Positions 39,000 through 52,914 are shown, counted from the stretch's first letter. The stretch is 64,000 nt of DNA from Octopus vulgaris (GCA_951406725.2 OX597818.1:47368001-47432000), one strand, 5' to 3'. Program-made: numbers and translations. Notes: generated from the letters alone by a model not told the origin.

Positions 39000-39382
39000 G
39001 TGGAGCGCAATAGTCCAGCGGTTAAGGCAGTGGACTCACAGTCATAGGATTGTGGTTTCAATTCCCAGACCGAGTGTTCAGTGTGTTTATTAAGCAAAAA
39101 CACCTAAAGCTTCACAAGGCTCTGACAGGGAGTGGTGGCGAACCCTGCTATACTCTTTCACCACAACTTTCTCTCACTCTTTCTTCTTGTTTCTGTTGTA
39201 CCTGTATTTCAAAGGGCCAGCCTTGTCACACTCTGTGTCACACTGAATCTCCCTGAGAACTACGTTAAGGATACACGTGTCTGTGGAATGCTCAGCCACT
39301 TGCAAGTTAATTTCACAAGCAGGCTGTTCCATTGATCGGATCAACTGGAACCCTCATTGTCGTCATAACCAACAGGGTACTG
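39000..39382 (+). mobile_element. tRNA-derived SINE with a distinct 3' domain (family E)
   Basis: A/B-box-like head; 3' block agccacttgcaagttaatttcac...ggaaccct recurs inverted at about 59340-59510. Confidence 0.72.
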
Positions 39383-39884
39383 CAACAATTTGATATTGCT
39401 CTTTGCTGTTCCGTCCCAGTTTTTCCAAGCCTATCTCGCAGCCTTTATGGCTTATCTTTGAGACTATCCTCATTTTGACAGGGACCTTACAATGGCCATA
39501 AGTTTAGTCTGCTGCCCTCAACAGGTTGTCCAGCAGAAATTCCCAACTGTCTTCTATATTATAAATTTCTTATTTCTTTACTGCCCACAAGGGGCTACAC
39601 ACAGAGGGGACAAACAAGGACAGACAAATGGATTAAGTTGATTATATCGACCCCAGTGTGTAACTGGTACTTAATTTATCGACACCAAAAGGATGAAAAG
39701 CAAAGTCGACTATGGCAGAATTTGAACTTAGAACGTAGCAGCAGACAAAATACCGCTAAGCATTTCGCCCGGCGTGCTAACGTTTCTGCTAGCTCGTCAC
39801 CTTAAAAGTAGCTCTTCTGTTTAGCTACAAGGCCTAATTATAGTACGTAAGCAAGGATAAACATTACCCTTGTGTAGTCCACAA

Positions 39885-40140
39885 CTAGCAAAACTTAATT
39901 ACCCTTTAGTGATAAGTTACCGATTCTTTTATTCTTTTATTTGTGTCAGTCATTTGACTGTGGCCATGCTGGAGTACTGCCTTTAGTCGAGCAAATCAAC
40001 CCCAGGACTTATTCGTTGTAAGCCTAGTACTTATTCTATCTGTCTCTCTTGCCGAACTGCTGACAGGGACGTAAACACACCAGCATCAGTTGTCAAGCGA
40101 TGTTGGGGGGACAAACAGACACACAAACATATACATACAT

Positions 40141-40192
<52 letters not shown>

Positions 40193-43100
40193 GACAAGCT
40201 TCTTTCAGTTTCTGTCTACCAAATCCACTCACAAGGCTTTGGTCAGCCCAAGGCTATAGTAGAAGACACTTGCCCAAAGTGCCTCACAGTGGGGACTGAA
40301 CCCTGAACCATGTGGTTGGTAAGCAAGCTACTTACCACACAGCCACTCCTGTGCCAATGTTGTAGGTTGTCACTAAAGTAACGGGTTCAAAGTTGTAACG
40401 TGTTCAATGTCAAAATATAACGTGGAATGAAGTGTGTGTGTAGAAATAAATGTCAGAAGGCATGTTTTGTTTATGAAGCATAGTAATTTATTTTGGATTG
40501 TTGACAAAGTGAGCGTATAAGAATTTTTATGTTAGTGTGTGTGTGTTAAAAAATGTAGAGCATTGGGAGAGAGATGTGTAAATGTTCCTTCTTGAGCCAT
40601 GCCAGGCTCATAAGGGCCGGTTTCCCGGTTTCAGTGGCGTAGAAATTCCCCACCTGGACGGGATGCCGGTTCATCGCAGGATTACTCTTTTTTGCCAGCT
40701 GAGTGGACTGGAGCAACGTGAAATGAAGTGTTTTGCTCAAGAACACAACACATTGCCCAGTCCAGGAATCGAAACCACAACCTTACGATCATAAGTTCAA
40801 CACCCTAACCACTAGGCCACGCGCCTCCACTGAGAGAGATGTGTAGTGAGACATGAATGAATTTGCCCTGACTAACTATGTATTTAACCTTGGTGGCTTA
40901 TATGCTGCAGAATGAGTATAGATATAAGTCAAATGCGCAGCGTTGATAGTGAACAATGTAAAAGACACATAGCAGAAAGAGTGATGTTGCCATTAGAGCT
41001 ATCAAATCTGCAACTGATTTAGCTCTTTGAAAAACGCGCATATACTGCTGAGCAGAAGTTGCCACATGTATCCTTCCATAGCCAGCTCTAATTGGATGAT
41101 TAATGGTTGTGTTATGGTGGATGGAGATGATTAAGGATTGTGCTATAGCGGATCATGATTAATGATTGTGCTATGATAGATGGTGATGAAGTAGATGATG
41201 GTGATCGTCATCATCATCGTTTAACATTCGCTTTCCTTGCTAGCATGGGTTGGACGATTTGACTGAAGACTGGCGAACCAGATGGCTGCACTAGGCTCCA
41301 ATCTTGATCTGGCAGAGTTTCTACAGCTGGATGCCCTTCCTAACGCCAACCACTCCGAGAGTGGTGTTTCTGCTAATAGTGATGGATGTGGTGGAGGTGG
41401 ATGTGATGATGGTTATATATGTGGTGGTTGAATTAATGGGGGTGATAGAGTATGGGGAAGAGGTGGTTGTAGTCATGAAGTCATAGCACAACTGTGCCAT
41501 GCCACCACGACAAAATAGAGATTTTAGGTCTCATTACAACCCTATCACACAATTCAAGACTAACCTACTTGCACAATATACACACACAGACATACAATAT
41601 ATGTGTGTAATCTCTGGACAAATACCACAGTAAATTACTTTTCAAAGATGTACTTTACATGTGATACATAGATGGTTGTCTGAGGGTGCAGTTCTTTTCA
41701 TGTGTGTGCTTGTATGAGGTTATTTGTGTTTCTGGTTGAGGGCTTGTGGGGAGTTTTTATATGTTTGTCTGTGTAGATGTGGGGTAGAGGAGAGAGAAGA
41801 ATGTGATTATGTTTGTATATATACATGCTTGTGGGTTTAGTGTGGTCCTGTATTTGTCTGTATATGATGATGATGATGATGTATCTAAAGTTGCTCAAGT
41901 AGACTTCCTACCCATCAACTCCTCAGCACTTGACTTCATGAGAATTGCTACTATTTTATTGCAAGCTCTTTAACACAACCACCAATACCACCAGCCCCTA
42001 CTCTAATCCCCACTAGCTCCACACACTACCTTTTCCCCTTTAGTCCTGAGAACTATCACCACAGACATCAACATCATCGTCTGCTTCAGCACAGTCTTCT
42101 GTCATTACTTCACATCAACCAACTTCCACCATCCGCCACCAATGCAACCTCACAACCACTACCAGCTTCATGACTACAACCACCTCTTCCCCATACTCTA
42201 TCACCCCCATTAATTCAACCACCACATATATAACCATCATCACATCCATCACCATTCGCTCTTCTCACTATTAGTAGAACCACCACTCTCGGAGAGGTTG
42301 GCGTTAGGAAGGGCATCCAGCAGTAGAAACACTGCCTGATCAGATTTGGAGCCTGGTGCAGCCATCTGGTTTGCCAGTCCTCAGTCAAATCATCCAACTC
42401 ATGCTAGCATGGAAGCAAATGTTAAATGATGATGATGATCACCATCATCATCACCATCTATCATAGCACAATCATTAATCATGATCCACTGTAGCACAAT
42501 CCTTAATCATCACCATCCACCATAACGCAACCGTTAATCATCATGGTCCACCATAGCACAATCATTAATCATCACCATTCGCCATAGTACAATTGATAAT
42601 TATCACCACTCACCATAGCATGATTGCTATCATCACCACTCATCCTGATCCACCATCAGAATCATTAATTGTCACCACCCACCTCATCATAATCATTAAG
42701 CATCACCATTCACCATAGCACAACTGTTAATCATCACCATCATTACTATTATTAGTATCTTCAACATCATGTACACCATGATCATCATCATCATCATCAC
42801 CAGTATTGGGGTGCTGCCTCTAATATATCCAACTATTTATTACTGTTACCTTTCCCAATATCGAGATCACAGCCACAGGATTTTGAGGAGATAACTACTC
42901 TGAAATGCTAGCATCTCAGTCTGTGTAGATGGTGCTGAGAGCTGATCTAGGTGTATACACACACCATTTGTCAAGAAGTGAGATATATTCTCCGTAACAA
43001 AATGCAGTGAGTAGCTTGTTCGCCAATTCGAACGTGTATCAAGCATATTTGGACTAATAATCATCATCATCGTTTAACATCCGTTTTCCATGCTGGCATG

Positions 43101-44549
43101 GGTTGGACGGTTTGACTGAGGTGTGGAGAGCCATTGGCTGCACCAGGCTCCAATCTGATCTGGTAATGTATCTACAGCTGGATGCCCTTCCTAACACCAA
43201 CCACTCCGATTGTGTAGTGGGTGCTTTTTACATGCCACTGGCACGGGAGCCAGCCAGGCGGGCCTGGCAGCGAACATCAACCAACAACAAAGACTAAAAA
43301 AAGAAAGGCAACTTATTAACAATTATAAACCACAATTACATATAGACCCAACCACTACCAACCAATAAATAAGAACAGACACTTAAAAGCAATTTTATAC
43401 ATATTATCCTGTTGAAAAATAATTCCCACCATTTCTTAAATCTTTTTTTTCCAATACTCTTTACTCTTTTACTCATTTCAGGCTGGAGCACCGCCTTTAG
43501 TCGAGCAAATCAACCCCAGGACTTATTCTTTGGAAGCCTAGTATTTATTCTATCGGTCTCTTTGGTCGAACCGCTAAGTTACGGGGACACACCAGCATCA
43601 GTTGTCAAGCGATGTTGGGGGGACAAACACAGACATACAAACATATACACACACATATATATGTATACATATATACGACAGGTTTCTTTCAGTTTCCGTC
43701 AACCAAATCCACTCACAAGGCTTTGGTCGGCTATAGTAGAAGACACTTGCCCAAGGTGCCATGCAGAGGGACTGAACCCAGAACCATGTGGTTAGTAAGC
43801 AAGCTACTTACCACACAGCGACTCCTGCACCTATATATACCTGCGCACATACACAAAAAAGAAAACATCACAAAAACACACACACACCTCGGCACACACA
43901 CACATACACACAAAAGAAAACAACAAAAAACACACACAAAAGAAAACCTCACAAAAACACACACAAAGGAAAACATTGCAAAAAACCACACACACTCACA
44001 CAGGTGGAGACACTCATCTAACCCAAAGGAAAATCCTAATTTTTTCTTCAACAAGACATTCATCACAACATACACACCCAACAACACACAGCTGGTCACA
44101 TTCTAAACATATTGAAAGGACATTCAGCACAATACACACACACACATACACACACACAAGTAGACACAAAACCCATTCAATAAATGCTTTCAAGTCACTC
44201 CCTTGGCAGGAACCCACAAAGTTTTCTTTTAGACAATAGACAACTACACCCTCTCTCTCACTGACACTTTGAACTCTATAGCAAACTATATTAAAAGAAG
44301 ACTTCAAGGAAAAATCTCCAGACATGTTTTGACCCCCTGAGAGAAAATAAACTGTTTTTACTTCAAATTTATATAAATTTTTCCTGATATTTAATAAGAT
44401 GAGATTTATCATCGAAATCGGTAATATTTTCTTAATATAATTTTTAAAATCATTTTTATTAAATTCCTTCTTAAATTAAAATGTCTTAGATTTACTTCTG
44501 TACTATTTCCACCTCCACCTTTTATATATAAAAATTTGATTTGTATAGA
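39885..44549 (-). mobile_element. Putative large non-autonomous Helitron with nested SINEs, minisatellite and inverted duplication
   Basis: A|TCTATACAAATC 5' end at 44549; CTAG|T 3' end at 39885; subterminal hairpin arms at about 39901-39920 and 40364-40386 split by a SINE. Confidence 0.5.
42455..42745. repeat. About 30-bp degenerate minisatellite (caccatagcacaatcattaatcatcaccat)
   Basis: About 9 imperfect units. Confidence 0.8.
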
Positions 44550-44709
44550 TCTCTAATCATTTTTCAACTATATATATATATGAGTGGCTGTGTGGTTCTG
44601 GCTTCAGTCCCACTGCATGGCACCTTGGGCAAGTGTCTTTTACTATAGCCCCGGGCCAACCAAAGCCTTGTGAGTGGATTTGGTAGATGGAAACTGAAAG
44701 AAGCCCGTC

Positions 44710-44752
<43 letters not shown>

Positions 44753-44984
44753 ACATATATATACATATGTATGTATGTGTGTGTATATGTGTGTCTGTTT
44801 GTCACCCCAACATTGCTTGACAGCCGATGCTGGTGTGTTTATGTCCCCATAACTTAGCGGTTCAGCAAAAGAGACCAATAGAATAAGTACTAGGCTTACA
44901 AAGAATAAGTCCTGGGATCGATTTGCTTGACTAAAGGCAGTGCTCCAGCATGGCCACAGTCAAATGACTGAAACAAGTAAAAGA

Positions 44985-45043
<59 letters not shown>

Positions 45044-45613
45044 CACGTGTGTGAGGGAGAGAAAGAGAGAGAGTGTCTGTGTGTGTGTACCACTTGCCAC
45101 TTGACAATTAATGGTGTGTTTACTTCCCCTTAACTTACTAGTTCAGCAAAAATGTATGTATTGACATCTGGAGTCAAATTGTTCGACTAAAATTCTTTGA
45201 AGTGGTGCCCCAGCATGGCAACAGTCTAAATGACATATACAGACTCCCACACGTACACACACATATAATGTACAGAAATATACAGACTCACACACATGTG
45301 TACACAGACTGACAGAAATATAAAACTACACATAAATCCTAGCACACGGATGTGTATATGTGTGTGTATATACCCACACACACACAGCAGCATTTCTCAA
45401 CCAGGGTTCCGTGAGAAAAAGTAAAAAGTTTGAGAAACACTAATATAGAGTATAGACATACAGCCACACACACACCCACATCATGTGTATATAGAGACAA
45501 CACTGACAGAAGTATACATCTGGCATACACACACACATTTTTAACAAATTCCTAAAAAAAAAAAATGCCACACATGGAGGTAGCAATAAGAAAGGTAAAA
45601 TTAATTAACTTAC

Positions 45614-45694
45614 CGGTCGTATATCAATATCACACATTCCAACACTTGTTGTTACAACATGGCCTACGCTTAGCATTGTGTTTCCCGGAACATC
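45614..45694 (-). CDS. ACTL6: ACTL6 exon (81 nt)
   Basis: ttgcag/gtaagt; [27 protein letters not shown]. Confidence 0.97.
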
Positions 45695-46059
45695 CTGCAA
45701 TAAGTTTTACATAGAAAAAATGCATTAAAAACGTCTGTATTTAAGAATAGTTAAGTAATGGACATAGTACTCTTTCACTTGTTTGAGCAGACACATCTTG
45801 AGAAAACTATGCTCTGTGGAACCACCTTTTAGCCACTGTGGTTCTAACCTGGAGTAGTAGCACCTGCTAGGATCCCAGCTCAGCCATGGGTTAATTAGAA
45901 TGTCAAAGAATTACTTCTGGATGAGGGTCACAGACAGTCACCCAAATGGACCAGGGGCAGATGAAGCACATGAGCTCTTTAACTGTTCATCTAAGAGAAG
46001 GTAACTCCACATATCCAGCATCCTGATAAGCTTACTAGGCTTGTAGCACTTGTTATTCC

Positions 46060-46640
46060 AGGCCAATATATGTTTTGAGGTAAGGACCCATGCTGAAGAG
46101 CCATAAATAAAACAGGAAACAGTGGCTTGAAAGGGACTCCTTTTCATATTTTCTAGAATTCCAGATTTCCACACTAGAGAAAACTTGTAGAAGGTAGCCC
46201 GGGCTTTACCAATATATGTGTTTATATCACTTTCACAGTTTGAGATTTTGCTACTTACATCAGTAAGTTCTTCTACACAGTTGAGAGGTATGCTAGATAA
46301 TGACTTGATTGTTCCAGACTGATAATTGTGTCACTTGCAGAGATTGTCTGACCAATGAGCAATTGTATGGGAATCTTCAGTCCATATCAGACATCAAAGA
46401 GAATAGAGTTAGATTCACAGAGTTTTGCTAGTGAGCTAAAGACGAAATTGTTAGTGAAGTTCTTTTGTGGGAGCCTACACAAAAAAGAGCTAGCAGAGGA
46501 CAAAACCAAGATGTGTATCAAACTGATTTGTGATGACATAAACTGCAATCCTTCTAACCTGTCAAATATGATAAACAATAAAATTGGATGATGACAGAAA
46601 GTCAGAGGAATTCATGCAAGCATTGCAACCAGATGAATAT
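46060..46640. mobile_element. RTE-like LINE 3' fragment with 5' inversion
   Basis: Minus 46330-46060: SDINTYIGKARATF..VWKS..FQATVSCFIYGSSAW. Plus 46330-46640: LTNEQLYGNL..IKENRVRF..VSEVLLWEP. Confidence 0.7.
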
Positions 46641-49600
46641 ACATTTAAAGGACGAGAGTGAGATTGGCTCAGCACAAACCATAAGAATATTTATCATGCT
46701 GGTTGTTCAGCAAACCAACACACTTCTTTCATAAGTTCAATGGTGATAGGAAAAGAGACAACAGGGACAGGTGGAAGATGCTATTCAGTCTTCAGCTTTG
46801 ACCCTGTACACAGGTGACCACAGGGTGATGGTTATCTTTATTTTTTTTTAACTGTGTCTTGCTGAACACCTCACTCCTTGAAGTAATAAGAGGGTTCACC
46901 ACAACCATCTACAGAAACTACTTTCATACAAATATAAGTTTTGAGTGGGAGGCAGAGATAGTTGAATTAAAGTGGGGGTTTTTTTGTTGATCTTGAAATA
47001 TCATGTAGTGTAAAATAAAAAAAGAAAATGAAAACTGTTAGACAGATTATCAGGAAAAAACAGCTAGACAAAAAATGCATTTGTCTGACACACTTAGCTT
47101 ATTATTATTATTAATTAAAACCAGCCAACTGGCTTCTGTGCCAGTGGAACGTAAAAGGGCACCATTCGAGCATGATCGTTACCAATGTCGCCTTACTGGC
47201 ACCTGTGCTGGTGGCATGTGTAAAAGGATTCAAGCAAGGTCATTGCCAGTACCACCTGACTGGCCCCTGTGCCGGTGGCACGTAAAAAGCACCCACTAGA
47301 CTCTCGGAGTGGTTGGCGTTAAGAAGGGCATCCAGCTGTAGAAACTCTGCCAAATCAAGAATGGAGCTGGTGCAGCCACCTGGTTCGCCAGCCCTCAGTC
47401 AAAATCGTCCAACCCATGCTAGCATGGAAAGCGGACGTTAAACGATGATGATCAACAACCCCAATAATCCTCAACAAATTTTTGCCTATATCATTATATT
47501 AAGCCAAACAGATAATTATGTTCTTAATAGGAATATGATTTAGTTGCTGTGTCATTAAGTATAAGCCTATAGGTATACTTTATAGTAGTTAAAGGTTAAA
47601 TATAAAATTAGATTAGTATGTAACATAGAAGGCTAATAGAATTGGTAGAACACAACACTAAAAGTCGCCCAGCTTAAATTTTTGTCTTATGGCTGAGTTC
47701 AAATCACACTAAAACTGAAACTGCTTTTTACCCCTCTCAGGATAATTTAGAGCCAATTCAGCTAATTATATATCATCATCATCATCATCATCATCATCGT
47801 TTAACGTCCGTTTTCCGCGCTAGCACGGGTTGGACGGTTTGACCGGGGTCTGGGGAGCAGGGATTGCCCCAGGCTCCAGTCTGATCTGGCAGTTTTTCTA
47901 CAGCTGGATGCCCTTCCTAACGCCAACCACTCCGTGAGTGTAGTGGGTGCTTTTTACGTGCCACCTGCACAGGTGCCAGAGGGGTCTGGCATCGGTCACG
48001 ATCGGTTATTGCCTTTTTTCGTTGCATTGCGGCAGGGGGGGGTTCCGGCAGAGAGGAGAGAGGGAGAGAGAGTGGTGGGGGGGGTGCATGTAATATAGGG
48101 GAGCACCAGTGGGGAAGGTTTGGGGTAAAGAGAAACAATGACAGGTAGGGTTGGTGGCAGGTTCTAGACAGAATGAAAAGTAGGAAGTAAAACGTAGGAT
48201 ATCAAGAGTGGGGGAGGGGGCTGGAAGGAGATAGCCGGTTGAGGCAGTGACACATTTCAAAACAGGAGGAACATAAGATAACAGGTTAAGTGGGACGTTT
48301 GATGAGCTGCAGCGCTAGCTGCTTCTGTCCAGGGGGAGAGAGGCAGGGGTAAAATACATAATGAGAAAGTATATTGAGGAGGAGGGGTAGGAGGAACAGA
48401 CACACGTAGTGGTGGCGGTGGTAGAGGGGATATCCGGTGAGGATGGTGTAAACAGAGTGTTCTCCGGTATGGGTAGGAGGGCGGGCGAACCGCGAACGAA
48501 TGGCGGGCTGCGAAGATTTTGATTGGGGACAGTAGACTTAAAACAATCGGGGTTTGAAGAAATGAACAGAGTAACGAACAAATTAACTTGGTACCGAGGG
48601 GATAAACAAATTAAAGGGTTATATTTTAAGAACAAGCAGAATTAGTGAATAGATTCAAACATTTAAGGGTTAGCAGCAAATGTATATGTGTAGTACAAGA
48701 GTCAGGAAGAGATGAAATGAGAATTCTTAGCTTGCTTGCTATGATCATCGCTGTGTGGTCATGTCTTCTATAAAATAACTGGCAGCCTTGTAATATTGTC
48801 CAACTCTTTAATACCTGTTCATTGCATTGTATGATGTAAAATGCATACAGATATTTTGCTTGCTTGATTTTTCAACGTTTGCAACTTTCCTGTTGACTTT
48901 GTTTAAAACCAAAATCAGTGAATTTTATCATCATCATTATTTAATGCCCAGAGTTCCATGCTGACATGGGCTGGAGGTTTGACAGTATCTGACCAGCTGA
49001 AGGACAGTGACAAACTCCTGTGTATACTTTGGCAAGGTTTCTAAGGTTTGAGACTTTCTCAATGTCAATCACTTCACAGAGTGTACTGGGTGCGTTTTTC
49101 TCTTTTGTAGCACCAATACTAGTGAAGTCACCAAGTAACTCACAAGGACACAAGGACTGTCTCGCCCCTTGACTGAATGAAGAGTGTAGTAGAGAGGGAG
49201 GTGGCTTTATACAAGTTGTTGAGAGGTGGTAGAGAGAATAAAACAGGTGTCTTGGTGTAGAGGAGATACATGGCTATCCCCAACAGGAAAGAAAGAAAAG
49301 AACAATGGTGATGAGGTGTCTGGGTATCTCAAGATCAACAAGATGAATATTAAAGAGAATAAGGAGAGAGAAACAGAATGAGTAGAGGGATAAGTTTGGG
49401 AGAATGTAAGAAGGGAGTGACAGATGATTAGAAATGGAGATAGAGGTGAATACAGTGAGTGATGAACAAGGACAGGCCGCTTTAGAATGTCTGATATATT
49501 AGTTTATTTTCACTGATGCAGATGAGGTGTTTTATACTGAAAACAACCATACTGACCCCAAGATGAATGGGTTCAGAATTGTCCAGTGGTGATTTTCAAA

Positions 49601-49865
49601 GAGTATAGAATTTTGTATGACCATTTGGAGGAAGAAGAGGAACAAAATAATGTGAAGTAAATGTTTACATTTTAACCACAAAGTAATTTCAAAATAAATT
49701 ATTTTGCAATAATTTTATTGACAATAAGCAGTTTATGGCCCAAAAGGTGATAAACTAGCAGAGAAAATTAATGCAATCAAAAAAAGGCATTGTGGTCAAG
49801 AAAAGTTACCAGAACCAAGTGTCTAAGATGCTGAAGCACTGACTGAACCAAAAGGTATCAACTAG

Positions 49866-50432
49866 TCTTAGAACCCCTATCTTGCCCAGGATATTACTCG
49901 TCTGGAAGCCGTTCAGCAACGTACAACCAGGAGAATGCCCTCCATCAGGCATTTGCCATATTCTGAACGCCATACTTCCCTGGGCATGGATACATTGAAA
50001 CTCCAACGTCTGGCAGCTGACTTGGCAGACACCCATAAAATTATTAACCATCTTACTAACAATAACTCTGAGCACCTTTTCAAACTCCACCTGTCTAACA
50101 CCCGTGGACATGTTTGCAAAGTCAGAAAACAGCACAGCTCCCATGACTTTCGGAAACATTTTTTCATGCTAAGAGTTGCTGAAGCATGGAACAAACTGCC
50201 GGCATCAGTTGTTAGTTGTCGGAGCACTGCATCCTTCAAAACTTCCATGCTTCCTGAGATTCGCCAACACTACACCTGATTTTCTCCCCTCCATACACAC
50301 GCAAGCATGTATCTGACTCATACACTGTTCACTTTTCAAACATTTGCACATTACTGCATATGCTTTATAAGCACTTTTGACAAGTTGTGGTGCACCTGAG
50401 CACTGTATACAATAATTTCATTATTATTATTA
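49866..50432 (+). mobile_element. CR1-group LINE 3' fragment with (ATT)n tail
   Basis: LEAVQQRTTRRMPSIRHLPYSER...TRGH...HFFMLRVAEAWNKLP. Confidence 0.88.
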
Positions 50433-50827
50433 TAGACAAAAATACATGATGGTCAAAGCTGGAATATCTTTGATTACAGATCTGATCAATGAAGGCCTGC
50501 AATTAAATAATACCATCACTATCATAAATAAGAATGGTCATCAGTCATTCGTTTGTTTAACATCCATTTTTATCATGATAGCATGGCTTGAATGGAAATT
50601 GATTTTAAGCAGCTGGAGGCCTTACTTGATGCCAACCCACTCCTGTTTTTCAAGAAAGGGATTTTCTATTCTACATGGCTTTAAAAAGCCAAAATGGTTG
50701 GTTATAATGTCAACAGGAAATGTAAACATAACTACTGTTTCACCCAAATAATGACATTAACACGCATACATATACACATGCATATGAAGGGCTTCCTACA
50801 GTTTCCATAGACCAAATTCACTTAGAC

Positions 50828-51385
50828 CAGTGGTTCTCAACTGGGATCCACATGGCCCTTGTTGGGTTCATACCAGATTTTACTGTTGAAATTTATCTCC
50901 ATTAAATTGGTTATACATCAACAATACACAAAATATTCTAACAATTTTTTTATGCAATTCCTAATAATATTTAATTAGAAAAATATTGTTTGTTCCTTCT
51001 CGAGCCATGCCTGGCTCATTAGGGCCGGTTTCCTTGGTGTATAGGTTCCCCACCTGGATGCGACGTCGGTCCGTCGCAGGTGAGCTGCAAGATACAGGAG
51101 GAAAGAGTGAGGGGAAGTTGTGGCGAAAGAGTTAGCAGAAGTTTGCCATTACCTTCTGCAGGAGCTACGTGGAGCATAAGTGTTTCGCTCAGACACATAC
51201 ATCGCCCGGTCTGAGATTCGAACCTGCGATCCCTCGACTGCAAGTCCGCTGCTCTAACCACTAGGCCATGTGCCTCCACAATTAGAGAAATGTAATAGGA
51301 TTTTTAAAATATTGAATGACTATGAGGGTCCGTCAAAGTAAAATAGGAATCAAGGGTCCATAGGTGAAAATTGGTTGAAAAACAG
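50828..51385. mobile_element. hAT-Charlie-like MITE with nested SINE
   Basis: cagtggttctcaac TIR; homologous to 58079-58385. Confidence 0.7.
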
Positions 51386-51512
51386 GCTTAGGAGGTATTA
51401 GTTAGCTCAAGGCTATAAAACAAGATATTTCTTAACCTAAATATCTCAGAGACAAATTATATCAGTTGATAAAGAATTTCTTCTAATTTGAAGTGAATAG
51501 TGAAAATGTTAC

Positions 51513-51627
51513 CTTGATAATGCTTGGATCAAACAGGCCTTCGCTTACTTTAAACCTTCTACAACCAAACTCTTGGTTGTAGCCTGTTGGAAATTCGTAG
51601 TGAAGTGATGGCATTGTATCAGTTTGG
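51513..51627 (-). CDS. ACTL6: ACTL6 exon (115 nt)
   Basis: ctccag/gtaaca; (S)[38 protein letters not shown]; phase 2/0. Confidence 0.96.
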
Positions 51628-52869
51628 CTGGAGAAGAAACAAATTGATATAGGAAATATCAGAAAGATTATGAAGACATGTAAAAAGTGCAATTAATCCT
51701 TTAGCATTTAGGTTACCAGGCCAAACATAATGCTTATCTATTCACACTGTTTTGTATAAGCTTGTGACTTCAAGATTTTGAGGATGTCTCTTTTTCTTTT
51801 ACTCCCTTTTAATTGTTTCAGTCATTTGACTGCAGCCATGCTGAAGCACCGCCTTTATTCGAGTAAATCGACCCCCAGGACTTATTCTTTGTAAGCCTAG
51901 TACTTATTCTATCAGTCTCTTTCGTTGAACCGTAAGTTACAGGGACACACCAGCATCGGTTGTCAAACAATGTTGGGGGGACAAACACAGACATACAAAC
52001 ATATACACACACATACATATATATATGTATACATATATACGATGGGCTTCTTTCAGTTTCCGTCTACCAAATCCACTCACAAGGCTTTGGTCGGCCCGAG
52101 GCTATAGTAGAAGACACTTGCCCAAGATGCCACGCAGTGGGACTGAACCAAGAACCATGTGGTTGGTAAGCAAGCTACTTACCACACAGCCACTCTTGTG
52201 CCTATTATAATGTGATAATATATTTTTAGAATGATATTGTGGAGTAGGTGCAAGAGGCCTGATTTGGCTGGCTTGAATATAAAACAGAATATCTGGGCTG
52301 GATATGGCCAGTTTGAATGCTAAAGGATTATATATAATGTCTTATTTATCATACATACTGAAAAAATTTATTTGCTGTGAAGAATTAAAATGTCAATATA
52401 GTAGAGAGTGTCAGAAATAGTAGATACCAAATTTATTTTTAAAAAAACAAATAAATTTGCTGTTTTATCTTATTTGTTTCAGTCATTGGGCTGCAGCCAT
52501 GCTGGAGCACTATCTTGAAGGGCTTTAGTCAAACAAATTAACCCCAGTACTTGTTTTTTAAGCCTGGTACTTATTCTATCAGACTCTTTTGCTACACAAC
52601 TAAGTTACTGGGATGTCCAAAAACCAATGGTAGTTGTCAAGTGATAGTGCAGTGTAACAAACATACACACACACATGTATGTGCTTATATATATATCATA
52701 ATCATCATTGTTTAACGTCCGCTTTCCATGCTGGCATGGGTTGGACAGTTTGACTGGGCACTGGTGAGCCAGATGGCTGCACCAGACTCCAATCTGATTT
52801 GGCAGAGTTTCTACAGATTGATGCGCTTCCTAATGCCAACCACTCCAAGAGTGGAGTGGGTGCTTTTAT

Positions 52870-52914
<45 letters not shown>

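Noticed and set aside
43612-44412. Long His/Thr/Lys-rich or Cys/Val-rich ORFs
   Set aside because: CA-rich low-complexity DNA plus SINE sequence; no recognisable domain or splice support
51225-51280. tRNA gene-like sequence
   Set aside because: Head of a SINE continuing into SINE body; no complete cloverleaf
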